Positions 13,644 through 24,026 of a stretch of DNA of 64,000 nt are shown one piece after another. Each line of letters starts with the position of its first letter. The stretch's first letter is position 1. The stretch is from Eledone cirrhosa (lineage: Eukaryota). Position numbers and translations under genes: made by a program. The stretch is taken from NCBI GenBank assembly GCA_964016885.1, contig OZ024740.1, positions 58,528,001-58,592,000 of the forward strand, written 5' to 3'. The notes under the pieces were generated by a model. That model saw nothing but the letters and a program-made list of their open reading frames with translations, had not been told where the DNA came from and did not search any database.

Positions 13644-16600
13644 TCACAATTTCCCTCCCCCCCCACCCCCACACACCACCATAGTCTATTCGACCAATCA
13701 AACCTAGCATGCCATTTCCACTGCTGCTGCTACTACCTGCCTAACTAACTCTCTCCTCCTCTGGCGCATCCCAACACACCCTGCCATTACCCCACCACCA
13801 CTGTTCTTCCAGCCCTCAATTTTCCCACCGTTATGGATGGATGAGCTGGGAATACACGAGCAACTCTGAATCAATAGATGAAATATGAATCTGCGAGCTA
13901 CCAAGCACCCACGTGAAGCGCCAACCCAGAGACCCTCCCCTACGAGTGTTGACAAATGCCCAAAACTCCGAGTTGGTACCATCAATGTAGGCTCAATGAA
14001 AGGAAGAGCAGGAGAAATCGTAGAAATGCTAGAGCGAAAGGAAGTTGATGTATGCTGTGTGCAAGAGACTAGATGGAGAGGAGGGTCTGCTAGAGTCCTT
14101 GTAGGAAAAAGCCAGTGCTACAAATTTTTCTGGGTGGGAAATGACGATGGGATGGGTGGTGTAGGTATACTATTAGCTGACAAGTGGGTAGATAAAGTAA
14201 TCTCAGTGTACAGGGTAAATGCAAGAATCATTAAACTCAGACTAGTCCTGAATAAGACAATTACCACAATAATATCAGCTTACGCACCCCAATCGCGGCT
14301 GCCAGACGAACTTAAGGATAGGTTTTACGAGTCCCTAATACACACTACTGCTCTAACAGACGACAAGGACTTCCTAATCATTGCAGGAGATTTTAACGGA
14401 CACGTAGGTAAACACTGCGACGGCTTCAATAGAGTACATGGAGGCCATGGAGTTGGCACAAGGAATGAGGAAGGATTCAGACTTCTAGAATTCTGCGACG
14501 CCAATGACATGTCGATATGTAACACAAACTTTAAAAAACCCGACAACCACCTGATCACCTATAGATCAGGGGAGCACTCTAGTCAGTTAGATTTTATCCT
14601 CATCAGAGGACGTGACAGATGGACGGGCGTAAACACAAAAGCCTTCCCTAGTGAGGAATGTACATCCCAACATAGCTTAGTTGTCAGCGACCTCATGGTC
14701 AGAACTAGACGAGCCCTGAAACAGAGGCCAACCTGGAGAAGAAAGATCTGGAAGCTGAAAGTCCCCCCAACCAGTAACAGATTTAAAGATATTTTACTCA
14801 ACGCCTACGACAGTAAAGAAGAACAGATAGAGACATTTAACGTAGAAGAGAACTGGGAGTTCCTAAAAAATAACTTACTAGAGGCGACGGATGAGGTTTG
14901 TGGCTGGAGTAAGACCTCAAGCAGGAGGAGAGTGACTTGGTGGTGGAACAATAAGGTAGATGAAGCAGTCAAGGCCAAGAGACAGGCATGGAAAGAATGG
15001 AAGAACGGGGGGAGCAGGGTACATTACATAGAGACCAAGAGGGAAGCTAGGCGACAAGTATACTTAGCTAGGAGGGAAGCAGAGGATAGAAAATTCAAGC
15101 ATGTTTTACAACGTGAGGACCAGAAACAGGAGGTATTCAAGATTGCGAGGCAGTGTGTCAGAGATAGTTGTGATGTCATTGGAGAGAAGTGTATCCGGAA
15201 TGATAAAGGTGAGCTTGCCCTCACAAGTGCTGAGAAGAAAGATGCATGGAAGAGTCATTATGATAGATTACTAAATGAGGAGAATGCATGGGAAGAAGAG
15301 ACCCTACCCCACGTAGACCCTATAGAGGGACCAGCAGTACAAGTCAGCGGCAGCGTAGTAAGTAAGGCAATCAGAGATATGAAGATAGGGAAGGCAACCG
15401 GTCCATCGGGTATAGCTGCCGAGATGCTGAAGGCATCTGGGTCTGTAGGTCATACTATAACCACACGTATCGTTAACCAGGTAATACTAGAGGGGGCCAT
15501 ACCAAAAGATTGGTGCAGTAGCATCATTGTCAACTGCTACAAAGGTAAAGGCGATGCACTAGATAGAGGAAACTATAGAGGTATAAAGTTGATGGACCAG
15601 GTCATGAAAGTAACAGAAAGAGTTATAGCACAGCTGATTAGGGACCGGGTGAATATAGACGAGATGCAATTTGGGTTTGTACCAGGGAAAGGCACCACTG
15701 ATGCCCTCTTCCTTGTGAGGCAATTACAGGAAAAGTACCTAGCTAAAAGTAAGCCACTCTACTTGGCATTTGTCGACCTTGAGAAAGCCTTTGACAGAGT
15801 TCCACGTGCAGTAATCTGGTGGGCTCTTAGAAAACTAGGAGTAGATGAATGGCTTGTGAAAGCGGTACAAGCCATGTATAGGGGAGCAGTCAGCAAAGTT
15901 AGGATTGGCAATGAGTATAGCGAGGAATTTAGCGTACAGGTTGGGGTCCACCAGGGCTCTGTTCTTAGCCCTCTCCTGTTCATCATAGTCCTGCAGGCAA
16001 TAACGGAGGAGTTTAAGACCAGATGCCCATGGGAACTCCTGTATGCTGATGACCTCGCACTCATAGCTGAATCTATGGTAGAACTAGAGAATAAATTCCA
16101 AACCTGGAAGCAGGGACTAGAGAGAAAGGGCCTCAAAGTCAACATGACAAAGACTAAGGTCCTTATAAGTAGACGAGAAAACAGAACCCAGATCCCCTCA
16201 GGGAAATGGCCTTGCTCAGTATGTAGGAAAGGTGTAGGTAGGAACTCCATTCTCTGCCCCAAATGCAAACAATGGGTACACAAGAGATGTAGCGGGATCT
16301 CAGGAAGCTTAATTAAGAATGTAGGATTCACATGCAGCAGCTGTGCTGAAACAGCAAGCAAACAGCCACAGGAAACAAGTACCACCAATCTCTGGGAGGG
16401 CCCTGTAGAAACAGTAGACAGCTTCTGCTACCTAGGTGACCGAATTAGCAACGGAGGTGGGTGCTCAGAAAGTACAATAACTAGGGTAAGAACGGGATGG
16501 AAGAAGTTTAGGGAACTACTACCACTGCTAGCTGCAAAAGGCTTCTCCCTCAGAATGAAAGGCAGACTGTATGATGCGTGTATCCGAACAGCGATGTTGC

Positions 16601-17305
16601 ATGGTAGTGAGACCTGGGCGCTGAAGGTGGAAGACTTACGTAGATTAGAGAGAAACGAAGCCTGCATGCTCCGATGGATGTGTAACAGTAATATACGTGA
16701 ACGACAAAGCATAAAGGAATTGAGAGAGGAAATAAGAGGAATCAAATGCTGCGTGCAGGAGAGGCGGTTACGCTGGTATGGACATGTGATGTGTATGAAG
16801 GATGACAGCTGCATAAAAAGGTGCAGAGCACTAGAAGTTGATGGAAACCGCGGAGTGGGGAGACCCAAGATGACCTGGGATGAGGTGATAAAAGCCGACC
16901 TTACCCAACTACACCTCTCAAAGTCAATGACACACGACCGTGACTTCTGGCGTCGCGCAGTAATACAGGGTACCCGACCTCCCATGGGTACATGCTGAAG
17001 CATATAGACAATATGCCCCCCCCCCCCTCCACCGCAAGGTGGTCGTGGAGGTGCCACGGCAAAAAAGCACCCAGCCCACACTGTAAAGTGGACGTGTAGG
17101 CGCCACGAAAAAGCACCCAGCACTCACTGTAAATGAGGTTGGTGTTAGGAAGGGCATCCAGCTGTAGAAATCAAGCCAGGTCAGTTCCTGTATGAGCAAG
17201 GCATGGTCAGCCGACCAGACACTGCCCACAACAGGACAACCCGTCTAACCCATGCTAGCGTGGAAGAACGGACGTAAAACGGTGATGATGATGATGATGA
17301 TGATG

Positions 17306-17306
<1 letters not shown>
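13644..17306 (+). mobile_element. Full-length RTE-clade LINE (family A)
   Basis: Single long ORF, ~290-bp 3' UTR and (GAT)n tail ending in a TA tract. Confidence 0.93.
13885..16998 (+). CDS. LINE ORF: AP endonuclease + reverse transcriptase + PHD-like C4HC3 zinc finger (1037 aa, uninterrupted)
   Basis: APE motifs INVG, QETRW, SAYAP, GDFNGH, LDFIL, SQH. RT motifs QFGF, FVDLEKAFD, GVHQGSVLSPLLF, YADD. Zn finger CSVC..CPKC..WVHKRC..CSSC. Confidence 0.95.
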   Translation: MNLRATKHPREAPTQRPSPTSVDKCPKLRVGTINVGSMKGRAGEIVEMLERKEVDVCCVQETRWRGGSARVLVGKSQCYKFFWVGNDDGMGGVGILLADKWVDKVISVYRVNARIIKLRLVLNKTITTIISAYAPQSRLPDELKDRFYESLIHTTALTDDKDFLIIAGDFNGHVGKHCDGFNRVHGGHGVGTRNEEGFRLLEFCDANDMSICNTNFKKPDNHLITYRSGEHSSQLDFILIRGRDRWTGVNTKAFPSEECTSQHSLVVSDLMVRTRRALKQRPTWRRKIWKLKVPPTSNRFKDILLNAYDSKEEQIETFNVEENWEFLKNNLLEATDEVCGWSKTSSRRRVTWWWNNKVDEAVKAKRQAWKEWKNGGSRVHYIETKREARRQVYLARREAEDRKFKHVLQREDQKQEVFKIARQCVRDSCDVIGEKCIRNDKGELALTSAEKKDAWKSHYDRLLNEENAWEEETLPHVDPIEGPAVQVSGSVVSKAIRDMKIGKATGPSGIAAEMLKASGSVGHTITTRIVNQVILEGAIPKDWCSSIIVNCYKGKGDALDRGNYRGIKLMDQVMKVTERVIAQLIRDRVNIDEMQFGFVPGKGTTDALFLVRQLQEKYLAKSKPLYLAFVDLEKAFDRVPRAVIWWALRKLGVDEWLVKAVQAMYRGAVSKVRIGNEYSEEFSVQVGVHQGSVLSPLLFIIVLQAITEEFKTRCPWELLYADDLALIAESMVELENKFQTWKQGLERKGLKVNMTKTKVLISRRENRTQIPSGKWPCSVCRKGVGRNSILCPKCKQWVHKRCSGISGSLIKNVGFTCSSCAETASKQPQETSTTNLWEGPVETVDSFCYLGDRISNGGGCSESTITRVRTGWKKFRELLPLLAAKGFSLRMKGRLYDACIRTAMLHGSETWALKVEDLRRLERNEACMLRWMCNSNIRERQSIKELREEIRGIKCCVQERRLRWYGHVMCMKDDSCIKRCRALEVDGNRGVGRPKMTWDEVIKADLTQLHLSKSMTHDRDFWRRAVIQGTRPPMGTC

Positions 17307-17338
<32 letters not shown>

Positions 17339-18201
17339 CAGGGTGTGGACGATATTTGTTCGCAATTTTAAACTACTAATTTTATGCAAATTTTTTTTAC
17401 TTCCGTTGTCACTCTTGTCTTCATAAAAACAGTGACTATATTTCCATTATTTATTTTCAGAATAATTGATTACGAATAATTTTGAACCTCCAAATTTGTG
17501 GAAGAGACACGGAGTTCTTCTTGGAATCCGCGCCGGGAGGACAAATAAGACCAGAAGATCAACTCCCAGAACAACAGGTGGCTCGCTGTCTCATCCAAAG
17601 ACATGCCCAGAGTCATGCAGACAAAGTTTCCAGCAACAACATTGGTCTTAGGTGACGTCATGCCATCTCACTTCTTCCCTGAGGGCCTCAATCTGAACAC
17701 CGATGGCTACATCCGTGTTTTGAGCGAGGTAGTAAAGCCTTGGATCGACCAGGTAGCTGCAGGTAGGCCGTACGTGTGGCAGCAAGACTCAGCGCCCTGC
17801 CATACCAGCCAAAAGACCCAAGCCTGGCTGTCAGAGAACTTCGTCGACCACACTTCACCTGACATCTGGCCTCCCAGCTAGCCTGACTGCAACCCCCTCG
17901 ACTTCTTTGTGTGGGGCACAGTGGAACGAGACACCAACAGATCTAGCTGCAATACGAAAGACGATCTGAAGGCCAGGATCATAAGTGCCTTTAGGGGCCT
18001 AAGTCGGGGAACAGTGACGAAGGCCTGTAGCCAGTTCTGAGGCCGTCATCAAAGCCAATGGTGGGTTTATCGAGTGAGATCGAAAGAACAAGTCATGAAG
18101 ACAAACTGACCCAAGTTTGATAAATATATCTTAAAAAATAAAACAACTGTGTTATTTTTTCATAGACAGTAATCTTGCGAACAAATATCGTCCGCGCCCT
18201 G
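17339..18201 (+). mobile_element. Internally deleted Tc1/mariner-superfamily DD37D (maT-type) DNA transposon
   Basis: TA TSD; ~27-bp TIR CAGGGTGTGGACGATATTTGTTCGCAA / TTGCGAACAAATATCGTCCGCGCCCTG. WQQDSAPCH...WPPS*PDCNPLD gives 37 residues between the 2nd and 3rd Asp. Confidence 0.9.
17545..18077 (+). pseudogene. maT transposase catalytic-domain remnant
   Basis: ORF 17603-17881 has an in-frame stop before PDCNPLDFFVWG; N-terminal DNA-binding domain largely deleted. Confidence 0.8.
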
Positions 18202-18216
18202 TATATATATATATAC

Positions 18217-18254
<38 letters not shown>

Positions 18255-18311
18255 CGTTTCTGAATTTGTTATTGGCAACATGACCCTCCCAAAGTATAAC
18301 AATATATATAT

Positions 18312-18667
18312 ATCATCATCATCATCATCATCATCATTTCATTTTACGTCCGCTTTTCCCTGCTTGCAAGGGTGGGACGGGAACTGATTCTGGCTTGATT
18401 TCTACAGCTGGATGCCCTTCCTAACACCAACCTCATTTACAGTGAGTGCTGGGTGCTTTTTTGCCGTGGCACCTCCACGACCACTTTGCAGTGGAATGAT
18501 AGGGACCCCAGTCCCTATCATCTCATTTCTACAGCTGAGTAAACTGGAGCAATGTGAAATAAAGTGTCTTGCTCAAGGAAACAACACATCACCCGGTCTG
18601 AGAATTGAACTCACAACTTTTCGATTGCAAGGCCAATGCTCTAACCACTAAGCCATGTGCCTCCATA
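18312..18667 (-). mobile_element. CORE-type tRNA SINE with RTE family A 3' tail
   Basis: A-box TGGCTTAGTGG, B-box GTTCAATTC, CORE-like TCCTTGAGCAAGACACTTT, then sequence matching LINE 3' UTR 17039-17178 and a (GAT)n tail. Confidence 0.9.
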
Positions 18668-18738
18668 TATATACATATATACACACATATATACATACAT
18701 ATTTATGTATGTATATATATATATACATATATATATAT

Positions 18739-19166
18739 ATAATATAAGATCAAAAGATGGTTAAAGGAGTTCAATATATTTTATTATGCGCATTTCAAAA
18801 ACAAACATCATCAAACAATAATATTTGTGTTTTCATCAGATAAAACAGGAGAACATGATATGAAGGCTAAAAAAACACTTGTTGATAGTGCAGTTTTAAA
18901 TCAACATATCAAGGTTGATTTAAAACTGCACTATCAACAAGTGTTTTTTTAGCCTTCATATCATGTTCTCCTGTTTTATCTGATGAAAACACAAATATTA
19001 TTGTTTGATGATGTTTGTTTTTGAAATGCGCATAATAAAATATATTGAACTCCTTTAACCATCTTTTGATCTTATATTATGCATACTCCAGTCCCACAAA
19101 CTGTAGAGTGCTTCTTATCCGATATCTGCATTGCTTTATTGTACTACAATAAAACTCACCTCCTAC

Positions 19167-19168
<2 letters not shown>
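18739..19168 (+). mobile_element. Non-coding Penelope-like terminal fragment: perfect 167-bp fold-back plus 88-nt tail
   Basis: Arms 18739-18905 and 18914-19080 with an 8-nt loop; contains an HHR; flanked by duplicated ATACATACATATTTATGTATG microsatellite. Confidence 0.75.
18974..19040 (+). ncRNA. Type I hammerhead ribozyme (mirror copy on - strand at ~18779-18845)
   Basis: Stem I TTTTAT/ATAAAA, CTGATGA at 18980, stem II, GAAA at 19023, palindromic stem III ATGCGCAT, predicted AUA cleavage after 19034. Confidence 0.8.
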
Positions 19169-19197
<29 letters not shown>

Positions 19198-19207
19198 CAT
19201 ATTTATG

Positions 19208-19238
<31 letters not shown>

Positions 19239-19353
19239 GTTTCGCTTTTTCCACCCGCCGAAATGTGATTCTCGCTGAATTTATATTTATATATATATAG
19301 TTAAAGAAAGAAGAGTAACATGGTTGGCTGTACAATAAGGGCTTTATTCAAAG

Positions 19354-19462
19354 TGCTGACAATTGTTTCGTTGATCTGGTGCGTCTAGAGTTCGCTCATC
19401 TCTTGTTACTGCGTCAATCGATCTCCAGTACGTTGTTTACAACCAGTCAACACATCAGAGCA
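19354..19462 (-). ncRNA. Hammerhead ribozyme variant (CUGAUGU core)
   Basis: TGCT-CTGATGT-GTTGACTGGT...ACCAGATCAAC-GAAAC-AATT-GTC-AGCA on the minus strand; A9 replaced by U. Confidence 0.7.
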
Positions 19463-20487
19463 AGTGGATATGGAAATAATACACAAGGCATGGCTTTTAT
19501 AGAAGAGTGGTGTTAAACTAAAACAATAACATCAGTAACAAAATAGCTAGATAGCGAATAATTAAAATAGTAACATCAGTAATAAAACACGTATGGTAAA
19601 TAAACCAAGAAGATACAGATGTATGAAGTGACATGTAAAATCTAAGATAGGGTACATTAAAAGTGGTAGTAATATTAAGGGAATGAGGAAAAGTAAAAGA
19701 TAAAGGAATAAAATAATAAAATGTACTTAGAGTCAGATTTTAGAATCTCTACTGTAAGTGCAATTATAAAAGATTTAGATACAAATGAGCTGTGGGTCTG
19801 ATAAATGAGCAACAATAAAACGGAGATTAATTTATGGTTTGACAGATAAATGCTTGTAGTAAATATTTCGCCTATTGTACTATCTTAGTGAGATTGATGG
19901 AGAGATGTATGGTTCTATGGTAGCTAATATTAAGTGAAATTGTAGATTCAGTATGTTAAGGTTTAGGTGGTTTAGTCTTAATTATGGGATTGCTGGTTCG
20001 AATCATGGAGGTTTAAGTTTTGTAACATCAGTAACAAAGTAGCGTATAATTAAAGCAATAACATCAATGCATGGTAAATAGATAGAGAACATGGCGAATA
20101 AAATTAAGGATAGGGTACATTGAAATGATAATAATAATAGGAAGAAAATAAGATATACAAAGGAGTATAAAAGTAATAAGATAATGTACTTAGAATTAAG
20201 TTCATCTGTAAGTGTTCATGAGTGCTAATATGAGATATGTAGATACAATTGTGTGGTCCGAAAGAATGAACAACAGTATAGTCGAGATTAATTTATGGGC
20301 TGACAAGATAATTGATAAATGTTTGTAGTAGCCATTGTGCCTGCTGTACTAGCTTGATGGTATTGATGGAGGGAGGTTGGAAGAGGTTTACAGAAATTTA
20401 TGGTTCTGAAATAGCTGTGTGAGAGTGCGGATTTCCTACGTTAAAGTCTAAGTGGTTTTCTATTAATTTTGGGAATGGTGGTTCGAA

Positions 20488-20894
20488 TCACGGTGGTTTA
20501 AATTTCGTAAATCTAGTAGCGATCTTATGTCTGCAGAAAATGGACCTTTCTATTTTGCTGTTAAGCAACATCCTATCGTACCTTAAGATATGTAGTAGTT
20601 CAAAATTACAGAGCCCGCAGTGGGACATACAGTTGCTATAGGCTTTTGCTGCCGCTAATTTCGACCAGCTAATTTTGTATTCTAGGTTTTTGTCCTTAAG
20701 CTGCCAGATTTTATTGGCGAGGGTTGTAGAATTCTCCAGTGCACGGTTCCTCATGGAGTGTCTGTGGACGTACCACCTTTTTTTAAATTTCCCTGCTGTG
20801 GTCCTATGTAGTGCCAAGTGGAATTGCCTGAATTTACAGTACGCAGGTACACCAAGCTAGAATCCAGGCATCTATTCCATAGTGGACACTCTAT
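20488..20894 (-). pseudogene. Penelope-like GIY-YIG endonuclease remnant
   Basis: ORF 20488-20817 plus an upstream frameshifted IECPLWNRCLDSSLVY..HYIG segment. Confidence 0.8.
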
Positions 20895-22079
20895 TAGATC
20901 GATGTGGGGGAGACTGTCTTTCTCCCATTTAGTAGCCTTTCATAGTGACACTTCCAGACTACCTTCTTATCAGCGTCAGTGATGGCAAGTGCACCATCAT
21001 CATTAAGGACACACTTTTCTCCGACAAAATCACGGTTTTCCTTCACACATTGCCTAGCAATCCTGAACACCTCACGTTTTTGGTCCTCGCGTTGTAGAAC
21101 ATGCTTGAACTTTCTTTCCTCTGCTTCCCTTCTTGCGAAGTACACTTGTCTCCTAGCTTCCCTCCTGGCCACTTGATAGTCTTCTCTACTTCCCCCATCC
21201 CGCCATACTTTCCAAGCCTGCTATTTGGCCTTAATTGACTCCTCCACCTTACTGTTCTACCACCACGTTACTCTCCTCCTGCCTATAGGCCTGCTCCAGC
21301 CACAGACTTCATCTGCCGCCATCAGCAGGTTTACTTTCAGGAATTCCCACTGTTCCTCTATATTGTACGACTCTAATTGCTCTTCCTTACTGTCGAAAGC
21401 ATCAAGTAATATGCTTTTAAATTTATTACTGGCTGTGGGGTCCTTTAGCTTCCACATTTTTCTCCTGAGGATAGTCCTCTTCTGTTGTCGAGTACGTCTC
21501 GTCCTGGCTATGAGGTCGCTAATTATGAGTCTATGTTGGGAGGTGCATTCTTCATGGGGAGGGATTTAGTGTTTACAACAGACACTCTGTCACGTCTTCT
21601 GGTAAGTATATAATCTACCTGGCTGGCGTGTTCCCCTGATCTATAGGTGATCAAATGATTGTCTCGTTTTTTGAAGTTAGTGTTACAGATAGTTAGGTTA
21701 TTTGCGTCACAGAATTCCAGGATTCTGGAGCCTTCCTCATTTCTAGTACCAAACCCATAGCCTCCATGGATTCTGTCATAGCCGTCACAATGTTGTCCAA
21801 CATGACCATTTAGGTCGCCAGCAATAATTATATAGTCACTGTCGGTTATTTGAGAGGTAGTGAGCATCAGTGTCTCATAGAATCTGTCTTTTATAGCGCC
21901 AGGCAGTCCGGATTGGGGTGCGTACGCAGATATTACTGTCACAGTAGTTCTATTTAGAACAAGTCTTATTTTAATTATTCTGTCGTTCACTCTATTTACG
22001 TCTATTATCTTATCCACCCATTTTTCTGCTAACATGATTCCTACCCACCCAGCCCATTGTCATTTCCCACCCAGAAAAG
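20895..22079 (-). mobile_element. RTE LINE family B internal fragment (APE region, disrupted)
   Basis: Frameshifted ORFs 21523-22035, 21257-21457 and 20894-21172 are homologous to the 13885 ORF. Confidence 0.9.
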
Positions 22080-22108
22080 CTTATATATATATATATAAAT
22101 ATATATAT

Positions 22109-23643
22109 TCATCATCATCATCATCGTTTAACGTCCATGTTCCACGCTTGCATGGGTTTGGACGGGAGTTTTCCCACTTGAGGCAAGAGTGGTTGTCTTG
22201 TTCGCATAGGACTGTCTGGCGGGTTTTCTACAGCTGGATGCCCTTCCTAACACCAACCACATTTACAGTGTGGGACTCGGAGGTTTTTACCGTGTTGCCT
22301 ACACGGCCACATTACAGCGTGGACTGTGTGTTTTTTGTCGTGACACCTACACGATCTCATTTGTTTCGGCCAGGATGTTGTGGCACCAACATAACTTTAC
22401 ATTGAAAGGGGCGGTGTGGATGGTGGAACGGGGGTGTATTTTGTTAGAGATACCTACTGACTGTAGTAGGTTTTACTTTGTATTTAGGTAAGGCGGGTCT
22501 TCTCTATTACTGAGTGCCGCCAAAGATCTCGGTCCTGTGACATTGTCTTGGAGAGGTGTAAGTGTGTGAGGTCAGAGTTTATCAGGTCGTCCCAGGTTTT
22601 TCTGGGACTGCCTACTCCGTGGCTACCATCTATCTTTATTGCCCTGCACTTTTTTATACAGCTATCGTCTTTCATGCGCATCACGTGACCATACCAATGT
22701 AGCCTTCTCTCGAGTAAACAGCATCTGATCCCTCTTATTTCTAATTTTTCCCTTAGTTCGTTTATGCTTTGCCGTTCGCGTATATTACTATTACACATCC
22801 AGCGGAGCATGCAAGCTTCGTTCCTCTCTAGTCTGCGTATATCCCCTGCACACAATGCCCAGGTCTCACTGCCATGCAACATTGCTGTTCGTATGCAGGC
22901 ATCATACAGCCTGCCTTTCATTTTTAGGGAGAACCCTTTAGCGGCTAATAGTGGTATAAGCTCTCTGAACTTTTTCCATCCAGTTCTGACTCTAGCTACT
23001 GTACTTTCAGAGCACCCTCCCCCACTGCTGATTTTGTCATCCAGGTAACGGAAGCTGTCCACTATTTCTATAGAACCATCTGTGCAATGGAATGAGTTAG
23101 TATTCTGTGGGCACTTGCTGCTACTTATTGCACCAGAGCACCGGCCACATGTAAAATCTCTGTTCTTAGTTAGCTTACCTATGATCCCACTACATCTTTT
23201 ATGCACCCATACTTTGCATTTGGGACATAAAATGGAGTTTCTACCTACGCCTTTCCTACACACCGAGCATGGCCATTTCCCGGAAGGGACCGGCGCCTTA
23301 TTTTCATTCCTACAAACTAGAACTTTAGTCTTAGCCAGGTTAATTTTAAGGCCTTTTGATTATAGGCCGTGCTTCCATGTTTGGAATTTCTTCTCTAGCT
23401 CGGCCATTGATTCAGCTATGAGCGTTAGATCATCTGCGTATAGGAGTTCCCATGGGCAGCTGGTCTTGAACTCCACTGTTATAGCCTGAAGAGCAATAAT
23501 AAATAGTAGGGGGCTAAGGACAGAGCCCTGATGAACACCAACTTTTACGCTAAACTCTTCACTATATTCGTTGTTAATTCTAACCTTGCTGACTGTTTCT
23601 TTATACATGGCTTGTATAGCTCTTACAAGCCATTCATCAACAC
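22109..23643 (-). mobile_element. 5'-truncated RTE LINE family B (RT C-terminus, PHD finger, 3' UTR, GAT tail)
   Basis: ORFs 23360-23608 (YADD) and 22484-23263. Confidence 0.92.
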
Positions 23644-23768
23644 ATATTATAGATATATATAAATATATATATTATATATATATATATATAAATATATATA
23701 TATATAAATATATATATTATATATATATATATAAATATATATATTATATATATATATATATATAAATA

Positions 23769-23807
<39 letters not shown>

Positions 23808-23968
23808 TATATATTATATATATATATAAATATATATATTATATATATAAATATATATATTATATATATATATAAATATATATATTATATATATATATAA
23901 ATATATATATTATATATATATATATAAATATATATATTGTATATATATATAAATATATATATTATATA
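23644..23968. repeat. Compound (TA)n tract with ATAAAT/ATTAT interruptions
   Basis: Direct reading; the same higher-order pattern recurs at 24.9-25.2, 26.5, 30.8 and 32.9-33.3 kb. Confidence 0.95.
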
Positions 23969-24026
23969 TCATCATCATCATCATCATCATTTTACGTCTG
24001 CTTTTCCCTGCTTGCAATATATATAT

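Larger units (their letters stand above)
19300..20894 (-). mobile_element. Penelope-like element 3' fragment (GIY-YIG end plus duplicated 3' UTR/pLTR)
   Basis: Frameshifted CPL..CL..VY..YIG..FKKRWYVHRHS..CGLC..E..LLNSK..CRH; ~490-bp diverged tandem duplication; HHR; AATAAA near the end. Confidence 0.85.

Noticed and set aside
14325-17229. Antisense ORFs overlapping the LINE (and equivalents on other RTE copies)
   Set aside because: Shadow frames of the RT ORF with no recognisable domains; they recur only because the copies are homologous.
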